Shown one piece after another: positions 1 to 9,273 of a stretch of DNA of 64,000 nucleotides (positions within the stretch are counted from its first letter, which is position 1; the number at the start of each line of letters is the position of its first letter). A program made the translations under genes and the position numbers. The notes beneath the pieces are model-generated. The model saw nothing but the letters and a program-made list of their open reading frames with translations, was not told where the DNA came from and made no database searches. The DNA comes from a candidate division WOR-3 bacterium (GTDB lineage: Bacteria > Hydrothermota > Tepidihabitantia > B3-TA06): positions 64,001 through 128,000 of the forward strand of contig CBFGKC010000005.1 in assembly GCA_965649265.1 (NCBI GenBank), in the 5' to 3' direction.

Positions 1-166
1 TTGGAGACGTTGAGAAGGATTTTGTAGCACCGGTAATCACATACCCCGAGTCCGTTGTTTGCCGAATGCAACTTCCAAAATCGTCTGCTGTTTCCCCATA
101 GGTCCGCATCCAGCCGGCAAAAAGGGAAATGAAAGAGACCAGGCTTGTAACAATCACTCGCTTCAC
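1..166 (-). CDS. Partial (5' end) secreted repeat protein, 'WxRTYG...QTxDxGYxITG' beta-propeller type
   Basis: Hand translation from GTG at 166 after GGAGG: [46 protein letters not shown]; runs off the window; not in the ORF track. Confidence 0.75.
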   Translation of the reverse strand, partial: MKRVIVTSLVSFISLFAGWMRTYGETADDFGSCIRQTTDSGYVITGATKSFSTSP

Positions 167-399
167 GCGAACCTCCAGTTATATAATCGGGTTACGATAC
201 GCGGCGGCTGGGGATTGTCAAGTATGATTAAAACCCTCACCGCCCCCTCCCCCCTACCCTATGGGGTGCAGGCACCCCAAGGGACACGCTGTCCATCAAG
301 GAGGGGGAACTAACGGTACCCCCATCCGCCCGTAACTCCCTCACCCTACTCTCTACCGAAGGGCAAGGGGAAACCTCCTGACCATGCCTTGCAACATCG

Positions 400-428
400 T
401 TGACACGAGTCCCGGCCGGAACTATAAT
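400..428 (+). promoter_or_regulatory. sigma70-like promoter TTGACA-N17-TATAAT
   Basis: Perfect consensus upstream of the ATG at 504. Confidence 0.75.
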
Positions 429-503
429 CGGGGCCTGGTCGGAGAGGGCTCGCAGAGAGTCCGGATTGAGATTTTATTGACAAAATTACAAGGAGAGTTG
501 GAG

Positions 504-1871
504 ATGAAGAAGTTCTTTAACTGGATCGATAAAACCTTCGTGAAGCCTGTGGAGGAATCAAAGATGCCCCTGGGCGCGTTCGTGCTACTTGCCGCCGCCT
601 ACATACTCGCGCGCAACCTTTTCGAGGGCGCTTTCGAGTCCATGCACCTTCTGGGGCTCTCTACAATCACCCTTCTCGGAGTGGAGGAGATGTTTTTGCA
701 CCTCATGTTCTCCTGGATGTATCTGTTCATGGTCATCATCGTGCTTCTGAGCTTTACCACCGGGCACGACATCCGCAAGATAACGAGGGTGCTCCTGACG
801 TACTCCTTCATTATACTGATTCCCCCGTTCGTCGATTTCATCTTCATGCCCGGCGGCTTCCGGCTGGCCTATCCCAACGACATCTCGGTGACTTTCAAGA
901 TCCTCTACGTTCTCGCAAGGCCCTGGATAATCTTCGACCCGCGGATGGTCTACGAGTATTCGCAGAACCTTCCCTACGGAGCCTCGCCCGGGATGGGCAT
1001 AGAGATAATACTCGGCATCATACTCGTGTTCATCTACACGTGGATGCGGTCCCCGACCACAAAGCGCAGGATAATAGCGCTCGTGCTGATACCGCTGGTG
1101 CTGTTCGGAACCATTCTCCTGACTGGCGGCGCGCAGGTGCTCATGGCCTCTTTCCCCGGCGACGCTCACTTAAGCAAAACCGTTTACTTCTCGGGAGGAC
1201 TGATAACTTCGCCCACGAGAAAGTACGCGCTCATTGTGATTCTTCCCTTCATAGTCGTGCTGTTCGTCGGCCTCTTGCTTTACAACAAGGAAAAAGCCCG
1301 CATGCTAATCCGCTCGATTGACCCGTTCCAGGCCGTTCTCGGAGCCGTTGCCGCGTGCGCCGGATTCCTGTTCGCATGGCTCGGACTCAAGGACGTGCTG
1401 ACCGGCGTCCCTCGCAACCCCTTCGATTACATCGCCCTTCTTGGACTCGCCGTGATGGGCGCTACATCAACCTCGACGAGGCTTTTCCTGTCATCAACGT
1501 GGGACGCGGCCAAGCCCCAGGACGAGCGCAAGACTTTCGCGAGAGCCGCAGGCGGAATGCTCATTCTCACAGTAGCTCTCGCCTGGTGCCTGGGTTACTC
1601 GAACCTCTTTATTCTCGTCGTCTCGCTGGTCTTCGGCCTCATCAACGCCATGCCGCCCCTGCGGCTCGCGCGGTGGAGCGTACCCTCCTCCCTGGCCAAC
1701 TCGTTCGCCGTACTCATGCTCGTCTACTGCGGATATTCGCTTTTCGCGACCGAGCGCACTTTCACCGTATTCCCATGGTGGCTGTCGCTGGCCGTTTTCG
1801 CACCTTTGCTCTTGCTCTTTCTGGCGCGTGAATTCATACTAAGGCGTCAGGTTCCACACAAGGCGGCCTGA
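504..1871 (+). CDS. Polytopic membrane protein, possibly a degenerate UbiA-like C-terminal half
   Basis: More than 10 hydrophobic segments; start moved to ATG 504 (AGGAG upstream); Asp-rich UbiA motifs are not intact. Confidence 0.7.
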   Translation: MKKFFNWIDKTFVKPVEESKMPLGAFVLLAAAYILARNLFEGAFESMHLLGLSTITLLGVEEMFLHLMFSWMYLFMVIIVLLSFTTGHDIRKITRVLLTYSFIILIPPFVDFIFMPGGFRLAYPNDISVTFKILYVLARPWIIFDPRMVYEYSQNLPYGASPGMGIEIILGIILVFIYTWMRSPTTKRRIIALVLIPLVLFGTILLTGGAQVLMASFPGDAHLSKTVYFSGGLITSPTRKYALIVILPFIVVLFVGLLLYNKEKARMLIRSIDPFQAVLGAVAACAGFLFAWLGLKDVLTGVPRNPFDYIALLGLAVMGATSTSTRLFLSSTWDAAKPQDERKTFARAAGGMLILTVALAWCLGYSNLFILVVSLVFGLINAMPPLRLARWSVPSSLANSFAVLMLVYCGYSLFATERTFTVFPWWLSLAVFAPLLLLFLAREFILRRQVPHKAA

Positions 1872-1873
1872 AG

Positions 1874-3052
1874 ATGAACAAGGAACAACGCATAAGCCCG
1901 GCACTCCTCGCAGTGGGCATAGCCGCGGCCCTGGCTCTGGCCGTTCTGCCGCCCCTTCTTTTAAGGCTTTCCCTGCTCTGGTTCATCACCCCCGTCGTCG
2001 CGCTGGTGGCACTTGCGGGCGTATTCTTCAAACGCGCCTGGCTGCTTACGCTCTCGGCAAGTCTTCTCTTGATAGTAATAGTACTCGCCTTCACGAAAGC
2101 GTATCCGACAATGACTCAGAATGAGAAAAACAAACTTTACTCCACCGGGCAGATTGTCAAAGGAGACGTTTACTACGTGAGAGCCGATTACCCCAGGGCG
2201 CTCGAGGCTTACAGGCAAAGCGAAACTCAATGGATCATCGATCCCTGGATCGAGTATCAGCGCGCAAGATGTTACAATTACACAGGGCAGAACCAGACGG
2301 CCTTCGAGCTGTACTTGTACCTGGCGAAGTATCCTTTCGACATACCGCCCGAGATGCTCGAAACAGATTTGGCTCTAGCAGCTCTTAAGGCTTACCTTTT
2401 CGAAGACGGCGAGGCGCTTTTTACACAAGCCATAGACCAGAACTTCAGACCCGGGTACTCCTTTTTCCAGCTCGGGGTATTTAACAGGATGAACGCGCAG
2501 GGCGACAAGGCGGAGGAGATGTTCACTAAGGCACACAGGCTCGGATATGAGCGCTCGGATTGCTCTTCGCTTCTCGGCGAGATTGCCGAGGATCGCAAAA
2601 ACTACGCCCTTGCCGAGGAACTGTACCGCCGCGGCCTGCACGAGAGCTTCGAGAATCTGGCCCTTTACGCCAAGCTGGGCAGCTTACTGCACCGACTGGG
2701 GCGCACCGATGAGGCGCTTAAGATTCTTCTGGACGGGTTCAACATAGCCACTTACGTTCCTTTCAACCCGAGAGCGACCGCGATGATACTCAACAACCTG
2801 GGCTACATATACGGCGACCAGGGCAAATCGGGCCAGGCCATTATGGCCTTCAAACAAGCCATCCACAGCGACCCTACCTTTTATGATTCGTACGATAACC
2901 TGGCATACGTCTACATGCAAACAGGCAGGAACGCCGAGGCTCTTCAAATTCTCCAGACGGCCCTCAAGATGGATCCGAATCACGAAACCGCCAGGCAGTT
3001 GATAAATCAGATAACCGGCGGTTACACCGCATCGCCCGATACCGTAAAGTAA
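1874..3052 (+). CDS. Membrane-anchored TPR protein
   Basis: N-terminal TM helices; TPR motifs (NNLGYIY..G...AI..FKQAI, YDNLAYVY...G). Confidence 0.85.
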   Translation: MNKEQRISPALLAVGIAAALALAVLPPLLLRLSLLWFITPVVALVALAGVFFKRAWLLTLSASLLLIVIVLAFTKAYPTMTQNEKNKLYSTGQIVKGDVYYVRADYPRALEAYRQSETQWIIDPWIEYQRARCYNYTGQNQTAFELYLYLAKYPFDIPPEMLETDLALAALKAYLFEDGEALFTQAIDQNFRPGYSFFQLGVFNRMNAQGDKAEEMFTKAHRLGYERSDCSSLLGEIAEDRKNYALAEELYRRGLHESFENLALYAKLGSLLHRLGRTDEALKILLDGFNIATYVPFNPRATAMILNNLGYIYGDQGKSGQAIMAFKQAIHSDPTFYDSYDNLAYVYMQTGRNAEALQILQTALKMDPNHETARQLINQITGGYTASPDTVK

Positions 3053-3138
3053 TGACCTGGATACAAGAGCGTGCAAGCGAAGAGATCGGGAAACGGGTGT
3101 GAGTACCTTTTTACTTTCGGGAACGGACTTTTAACAGA

Positions 3139-4563
3139 TTAAAGGTCAGCCGCCCTGTTGGGCAGGCTGCCCGGAGCTTCCTCCGGGAAATCATGCGTCT
3201 CCGAGGATCCCCCGGGGAGGTTTTCGTAAATGATATTTTTGCGGCAGTCGGAAAAGATGGTGACGACGGGGCTCCTTACGACGTCGCGCCAGATGAAATC
3301 GAGTCCCATGGAAGAAAGCCTCTCCCGGATCAATCTCGAGAATTGCTTCACGTAAATATCGAGAGGCTGGTTGAGTATTTTTATGGTCTCGCGCAGCAGA
3401 TAGTGCATCTGGGCCGATGAAATTAGAGGGTGATTCCACACGAGGTACTTGGCGTCGTAGTGACGCCAGGTCCGGTCAAAGACACCGTAGCGGGAATCCA
3501 GTTCGTCCCACAGGGGCGTTCCGGGAAACGGGGTTATCACGTTGACCTGATGCGCGTCAAACCCGGCTCCCTTGAGCCGCATCACGTCTTCCATGCTTTG
3601 GCCGGCGTCCATGTGTTCGTACCCGAGCATATAGTAGGCCATGCGGTACATGCCCTTCTTCGCGGAGGTTAGCCTGGTGAATTCGTAAACGTCGTCGACC
3701 CTCTGTTTTTTGTCGACGGCATCCATCGCGTTCTGGCTCATGGTCTCGACGCCGACCAGTGGAAAGCGAAGCCCCCGGTCATACCAGGAATCCAGGTTTC
3801 TCATGAATATCCCCACGCGACTTTGTGCCCACCACCGCATTCTCGATCGGGCAAGCATCTCCGAAACCCTTTCGGCATGCGCGGGATTGAATCCGAAAAG
3901 CTCGTCCAGCACAAAAACGTCCGTTATGCCCCTCTTGCGGTAGGAGGCAAGGACGCGTTCGATGCTTTCGAGATTCACCGGGAAGTGCTTGTGGTCGAAC
4001 GTAGGCGTCTGGCAAAACGTGCATTTGAAAGGACACCCGTGCTGCGTGTAAAGAACCCCGACGTTCATGTATGGTATTTGAAGCCCCGTCATGTAGAACG
4101 AAAGAGGCCAGGTCATGAAAGGGTGCTCGACGTCTCTCACTCGGCGTCCGAACACCTGCGCTACATCGTCCTCCGACGCCCCCATGAACACGCGATCCAC
4201 GCGCGAGGGAATGGAGGGATCAATGGAACCGTAGTTGCCCGCCCAAAGCTCCTTGACTCCTTGCCTCCTCGCCTCCTCGATCATCTCGAGCACCTCCCCT
4301 ATCTCGTTCTGGTAAAAGCTGAAACCTACCACGTCCCAGCCTTCTTTGAGCTTTTCGACGTATTCGTGCCACATGGGGTACTCGAGTATTTCCAGTTCCT
4401 GCACGTTCTGTTTGAGGAATCGAAGGCCGGGCGAGGCGGTACGGAGCATTGATACCCTCGGGTTAAGGTAGACGTTCTGACCCACGTAATCGAGGTAATC
4501 ACCGGGCCACCTGCGGTATACCGTACATAATAGCACACGGGGATTAGAGGACAAGGCCTTCAC
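3139..4563 (-). CDS. B12-binding-domain radical SAM protein (paralog 1)
   Basis: CPFKCTFC motif; N-terminal DVVGFS...WAGNYG Rossmann-like domain; probable GTG start at 4563 by alignment with the paralogs. Confidence 0.9.
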   Translation of the reverse strand: MKALSSNPRVLLCTVYRRWPGDYLDYVGQNVYLNPRVSMLRTASPGLRFLKQNVQELEILEYPMWHEYVEKLKEGWDVVGFSFYQNEIGEVLEMIEEARRQGVKELWAGNYGSIDPSIPSRVDRVFMGASEDDVAQVFGRRVRDVEHPFMTWPLSFYMTGLQIPYMNVGVLYTQHGCPFKCTFCQTPTFDHKHFPVNLESIERVLASYRKRGITDVFVLDELFGFNPAHAERVSEMLARSRMRWWAQSRVGIFMRNLDSWYDRGLRFPLVGVETMSQNAMDAVDKKQRVDDVYEFTRLTSAKKGMYRMAYYMLGYEHMDAGQSMEDVMRLKGAGFDAHQVNVITPFPGTPLWDELDSRYGVFDRTWRHYDAKYLVWNHPLISSAQMHYLLRETIKILNQPLDIYVKQFSRLIRERLSSMGLDFIWRDVVRSPVVTIFSDCRKNIIYENLPGGSSETHDFPEEAPGSLPNRAADL

Positions 4564-4646
4564 GAAGGCACCTTTACGCATGCAAAAAAAAGGCACAAAA
4601 GCGCCCTTGAGATTCCAAATACCGGACCACTATCCATACCGGCATA

Positions 4647-4674
4647 ATAATATAGCACGAATAATAGATGTCAA
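4647..4674 (-). promoter_or_regulatory. sigma70-like promoter TTGACA-N16-TATTAT
   Basis: Upstream of radical SAM paralog 1. Confidence 0.6.
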
Positions 4675-4862
4675 GTGAAATCGACAAACCCATATGAAGG
4701 GAGGGGGAGGGGTTGTGGAAACTGACACTTTCAGATACTCGTGTTATTCAAAATAAAGAGAGCCTTGACTTAAGACCGGTCCCGGACCCTTAAAAGAAAA
4801 AGCCGGTGACCTTCTTTCTGCAACACTCGGCGTGAGGTTATATCTTATTTTACGCAGCGGAC

Positions 4863-6215
4863 TCAATTCCTGGGCAGGAATACCTGTTTGCGGTCGTTGA
4901 TTAAGAGCGAGGAGATGGGACCCCTTACGAGATCACGCCAGACAAATCCCAGCCCCTGTCTTTCAAGACGCACCATCGCCAGGCGCAGGAAGTTCTTGAG
5001 GTAAATATCGGTAGATCTGTTAAGGTAATGGATAACGGTGGCGCGCAAATAATGCATTTGAACGGGTGACATCAGAGGGTGGTTCCACACCAGGTGTTTG
5101 AGGTCGAAGTTGCGATACTTCCGTTCAAAGATGCCGTACCTGGCGTCGTATTCGTCCCACAGCGGGGTTTTCGGAAACGGGGTAAGCACCGTTATCGTGT
5201 GCGCGTCGAACCCGGCTCGCTTGAGAAATACCGCGCTTTCTATCGTATCTTCAACCCTCATGTGGGGATAGCCGATCATGGTGTACACCATCCGGTACAT
5301 GTCTTTCTTTTCCCTGGTGCGCCGGGCGTATTCGAGAATTTGCTCGACGCTTTGTTTCTTGTCCAGATCGTCCAGCGACTTCTGATTCATGGACTCAAGG
5401 CCTATAAGTGGGAATCTCAACCCGCGCTCGTACCAGACATCAAGATGACGCATGAACATGGTTGCGCGTGACTGGGCCCACCAGCGAAACTTGTACTTGG
5501 CGAAGAGCCTTGTGAGCTTGTCTGTGTAGCCGGCAAACACACCAAAGAGCTCATCCTGAGGAAACACGTCGGTTATACCCAATTTTTTATAGTAGCGAAG
5601 CACCCTTTCCACGCTTTCAAAATCTATGGTGGACATCCGCGTGTTGAAGGAAGGGGTCTGGCAGAACGTGCACTTGTAGGGGCACCCGCGTTCGGTAAAG
5701 AGAACACCGAGCGTAAGATGGCGGATATTTCCCGGCAGGAAGCTCAAAGGCATGAACAGGGGAGGGTGCTTGACCGATCCTTCGGGCACGCGATATCCGA
5801 ACGCCTGAGCCACGTGATCCTCTCCCGGGCCGATGAAGATGCGGTCGGCTATTTTGGGAATTTTATAATCGAGAGCGCCGTAATTGCCGGCCCAGATCTC
5901 CTTCACTCCATGCCTGCGAGCCTCGTCGGCCATTAGCTCTATCTCGGCGATTTCGTTCTGGTGAAAACTGAACCCGACCACGTCCCAGCCTTCCTTGAGT
6001 TTTTTTACGTAATCGTGCCACATTGGATAGTCCAGTATCTCGACCTCGGGCACGTTCTGCTTGATAAAATGCAGACCGAAACCCATGCGCCGCGGTACGG
6101 TGACCCTCGGAAGATCGTAGGTGGTCTCGCCGACTACGTCCCAGTAATCGGAAGGAAATCTCCTGAAGCACGTGGTCAAAAGCACTCTAGGATTGCTGGA
6201 CAGCACCTTCGTCAC
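4863..6215 (-). CDS. B12-binding-domain radical SAM protein (paralog 2)
   Basis: CPYKCTFC; same architecture as its neighbours. Confidence 0.9.
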   Translation of the reverse strand: MTKVLSSNPRVLLTTCFRRFPSDYWDVVGETTYDLPRVTVPRRMGFGLHFIKQNVPEVEILDYPMWHDYVKKLKEGWDVVGFSFHQNEIAEIELMADEARRHGVKEIWAGNYGALDYKIPKIADRIFIGPGEDHVAQAFGYRVPEGSVKHPPLFMPLSFLPGNIRHLTLGVLFTERGCPYKCTFCQTPSFNTRMSTIDFESVERVLRYYKKLGITDVFPQDELFGVFAGYTDKLTRLFAKYKFRWWAQSRATMFMRHLDVWYERGLRFPLIGLESMNQKSLDDLDKKQSVEQILEYARRTREKKDMYRMVYTMIGYPHMRVEDTIESAVFLKRAGFDAHTITVLTPFPKTPLWDEYDARYGIFERKYRNFDLKHLVWNHPLMSPVQMHYLRATVIHYLNRSTDIYLKNFLRLAMVRLERQGLGFVWRDLVRGPISSLLINDRKQVFLPRN

Positions 6216-6285
6216 AGAAAGCTCCGCCGTTGAATACTTCCGTTGTGACCCAACCCGGGAATCTTACGAACAAATTTCACACTTA

Positions 6286-6313
6286 ATGATATCTTTTTCA
6301 TCCCTCGAGTCAA
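6286..6313 (-). promoter_or_regulatory. sigma70-like promoter TTGACT-N16-TATCAT
   Basis: Upstream of paralog 2. Confidence 0.55.
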
Positions 6314-6386
6314 TCGGTAAAAAAAAGTCATATCCAGCCCGGAATTCTTGAGGTTACATGCGGAGACAAGATAAACACTTCACCTG

Positions 6387-7781
6387 TTAAACCTCTTTTT
6401 GGCAAAGATTTGTAAAATAAACCTGTTTCCGGTCGTCAATCCTTGTCGAATCCAACGGCCCCTTGACGAGATCGCGCCAGATGAAATAAGGCCCGTCACT
6501 GCGAAGCCTGTTCAAGACCAGTCTCGTAAACCCCCTGCCATATATGTCAAGAGGCTTGTTGAGTGTCCCTATCACGGTTTTCAGGAGGTACTTCATTTCA
6601 CCGGGCAGAATGTGGGGGTGGTTCCAAACGAGGTGTTTGGCGTCGTAATGCGGGTAAGCGCTGTCAAATATTCCATAGCGAGTCGATAGTTCATCCCAGA
6701 GAAGCGTCTTCGGGAAAGGGGTGATGACGTTTACCTGGTGAGCGTCGAATCCCGCTCGCTTAAGCCTTAAAGCGTCCGCAATCGTCTCTTCGGCATTCAG
6801 ATTATCGTAGCCTATCATGTAAAACGCCATGCGATACATGCCCGGTTTTTCGCGTGTGCGGCGCGAGAATTCGTACACCTGTTCTATTCGCTGGCGTTTA
6901 TCTATGCCGTCCATCGCGCTCTGGCTCATCGTTTCCACGCCTATCACCGGAAACCGCAGTCCTCGCTCGTACCACGTATCGAGGTTGCGCATGAACAGGG
7001 CCGCGCGCGACTGGGCCCACCAGCGAATCTTGTGCTTTGCGAAAAGGAGGGTCAGCTTGTCGGCAAACTTTTGGTCTATGCCGAAAAGCTCATCAAGCAG
7101 CATTATGTCGTTTATGCCCAGTTTTTTGTAGTAGGCCACAACCCTTTCGACGCTCTCGAAATTCACCGTATACATGTTGTTTTCGTACACAGGGGTCTGG
7201 CAAAACGTGCACTTGTAAGGGCATCCCCGCTGGGTATACATAACGCCGAGGGTAAGGTGGCGTATTCTGCCCGGCACGAAGTTGATGTGCATCATGCCCA
7301 CTGGATGCTCTACCGCTTCGTTCGTGACGCGTTTTCCGAACACTCGCGCAACCGGGTCCTCCCCCGCCCCCGTAAAAACCCTGTCCACCAGGGCCGGTAC
7401 ATGCTCGTCCAGGGCACCGTGCCCGCCCGCCCATATCTCCTTTATCCCCTGGCGTCTTGCCTCGGCAATCATGCGCTTGACGTGCTCGATTTCACGTTGA
7501 AAGAAACTGAATCCCACAACATCCCAGCCTTCCTTGAGTTTTTGGACGTACTCGTGCCACAAGGGGAACTCTAGTATCTCGACCTCGGGGACGTTTTGCT
7601 TGATGTAGCGCAGACCAAGGTTCATTCTGCGTTCAATTGTTACCCTGGGAAGGAAATATACGTTCTCGCGAATATACTCCCAGTAGTCTGTGTCGTGGGT
7701 TCTGTACGGTGTACAAAGGAGCACCTTCGGGTTCGTCGAAAGCGCTTTCTCCTTTCCTTCACTCGAACTTCTCATTTTCAT
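6387..7781 (-). CDS. B12-binding-domain radical SAM protein (paralog 3)
   Basis: CPYKCTFC; WAGGHG. Confidence 0.9.
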   Translation of the reverse strand: MKMRSSSEGKEKALSTNPKVLLCTPYRTHDTDYWEYIRENVYFLPRVTIERRMNLGLRYIKQNVPEVEILEFPLWHEYVQKLKEGWDVVGFSFFQREIEHVKRMIAEARRQGIKEIWAGGHGALDEHVPALVDRVFTGAGEDPVARVFGKRVTNEAVEHPVGMMHINFVPGRIRHLTLGVMYTQRGCPYKCTFCQTPVYENNMYTVNFESVERVVAYYKKLGINDIMLLDELFGIDQKFADKLTLLFAKHKIRWWAQSRAALFMRNLDTWYERGLRFPVIGVETMSQSAMDGIDKRQRIEQVYEFSRRTREKPGMYRMAFYMIGYDNLNAEETIADALRLKRAGFDAHQVNVITPFPKTLLWDELSTRYGIFDSAYPHYDAKHLVWNHPHILPGEMKYLLKTVIGTLNKPLDIYGRGFTRLVLNRLRSDGPYFIWRDLVKGPLDSTRIDDRKQVYFTNLCQKEV

Positions 7782-7822
7782 CTCACTCTAAACACCGTTA
7801 CCTTTCACAAAGGGTTTATACT

Positions 7823-7850
7823 ATGTTACAGTTTATTCGGCTGTTGTCAA
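7823..7850 (-). promoter_or_regulatory. sigma70-like promoter TTGACA-N16-TAACAT
   Basis: Upstream of paralog 3. Confidence 0.55.
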
Positions 7851-7938
7851 GTTTACTAGTAAATTTGACATTGTGGATACAAAAAAGAGCTGTCTGTAAA
7901 GTGCAGACACGAATCCAGGATGTTCTTTGTGGAAAATT

Positions 7939-9273
7939 TCAAATATGGACTTGCTTGCGAGGGTCCAGAAGCATTGCGGCAACGGGTGATTTTAATACGT
8001 CCTGCCACAGAAACCGGAATCCGTCCGACGCGAAGCGCTGCCTTACGAGGCGGGAAAACGAGCGGCCGTAGATATCGAGGGGCTTGTTCAGGAACGCGAT
8101 CGCCGTGTTCCGCAGGCGGTGCATGTTTTGAGCGGAGATGTGGGGGTGTTTCCAGACCAGATACTTGGCGTCATAGTGCCGGTAGGTGCGGTCGATTATC
8201 CCGTAGCGCGAGGAAAGCTCGTCCCACAAGGGTGTCGCCGGGAAAGGAGTGATCACGTTTATCTGGTGCGCGTCAAAGCCCGCCGCCTTCAGCCGGACCA
8301 CGTCCTCAAACGTCTGGTGGGCGTCCATGTGTTCGTACCCTATCATGTAGTATGCCATACGGTACATGCCGCTGCGTTCGCCGGTTCGTCTGATGAATTC
8401 CTCAACTTCCTCGAGCTTTTGTTTCTTGTCTATATTGTTCAGAGCGGTCTGGCTCATGGTTTCAACGCCGACAAGGGGAAACCTGAGTCCGCGCTCGTAC
8501 CAGGAGTCGAGGTGGTTAAGAAAAAGCGACATGCGCGACTGGGCCCACCACCGCATTCCGTACCTGGCGAGTATCTCCGTGATCTCCTCAGCGGACTTGG
8601 GCTTGTATCCGAAAAGTTCGTCGAGAATGAGGACGTCCGTGATCCCTATCTTCTTGTAGTATCTGATTACCCGTTCGATGCTCTCGATGCTGACGGATTG
8701 ATGGTTGGTATCATATACAGGCGTCTGGCAAAACGTGCATTTGAAAGGGCACCCGTGCTGCGTGTACAAAAGACCGATCTGGAGATATGGAATGTCGCCG
8801 GGGATGAAGGTAATGGGCCAGAACATGACGGGGTGCCTGACATCGGTGACACGGCGACCGAATGCCTGCGCCACCGCGTCCTCGGAAACCCCGTGGAACA
8901 CGCGGTCAACCGCTTTCGGGATGACAGGGTTAAGGCTGCCGTACCCCCCCGCCCAGAGTTCCTTCACGCCCTGCCTGCGGGCCTCTTCGGCCATTTTCGA
9001 CACTTCGCCTATCTCGTTCTCGAAGAACGAGAATCCGACCACGTCCCATCCCTCTTTCAGCTTTTCCGCATATTCGCGCCAGGACGGGTATTCGAGTATC
9101 TCGATCTCGGGAACGTTCTGCTTCAGAAAACGCAGCCCGGGCGAAGCCTTGCGCTTGAGGGCCACCCTGGGCGTGAGGTAGACGTTCTCGCCGATGTAAT
9201 CGAGATAATCGTCCCTGAACCGCCTGTAGACGGTTGAGAGAAGAATCTTCGGATTAGTGGAGAGAGTCTTCAC
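7939..9273 (-). CDS. B12-binding-domain radical SAM protein (paralog 4)
   Basis: CPFKCTFC; GTGA start/stop overlap with paralog 5. Confidence 0.9.
   Translation of the reverse strand: MKTLSTNPKILLSTVYRRFRDDYLDYIGENVYLTPRVALKRKASPGLRFLKQNVPEIEILEYPSWREYAEKLKEGWDVVGFSFFENEIGEVSKMAEEARRQGVKELWAGGYGSLNPVIPKAVDRVFHGVSEDAVAQAFGRRVTDVRHPVMFWPITFIPGDIPYLQIGLLYTQHGCPFKCTFCQTPVYDTNHQSVSIESIERVIRYYKKIGITDVLILDELFGYKPKSAEEITEILARYGMRWWAQSRMSLFLNHLDSWYERGLRFPLVGVETMSQTALNNIDKKQKLEEVEEFIRRTGERSGMYRMAYYMIGYEHMDAHQTFEDVVRLKAAGFDAHQINVITPFPATPLWDELSSRYGIIDRTYRHYDAKYLVWKHPHISAQNMHRLRNTAIAFLNKPLDIYGRSFSRLVRQRFASDGFRFLWQDVLKSPVAAMLLDPRKQVHI

Noticed and set aside
504-1871. Confident UbiA prenyltransferase call
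   Set aside because: The Asp-rich NDxxDxxxD motif is not intact, so it is kept only as a possibility
4564-7938. Precursor peptides in the gaps between the radical SAM genes
   Set aside because: The gaps hold promoters only; I found no SD-led small ORFs or repeated core peptides
8119-9237. 372-aa plus-strand ORF, and similar long antisense ORFs such as 21197-22426 and 43678-44595
   Set aside because: Shadow frames opposite well-supported genes
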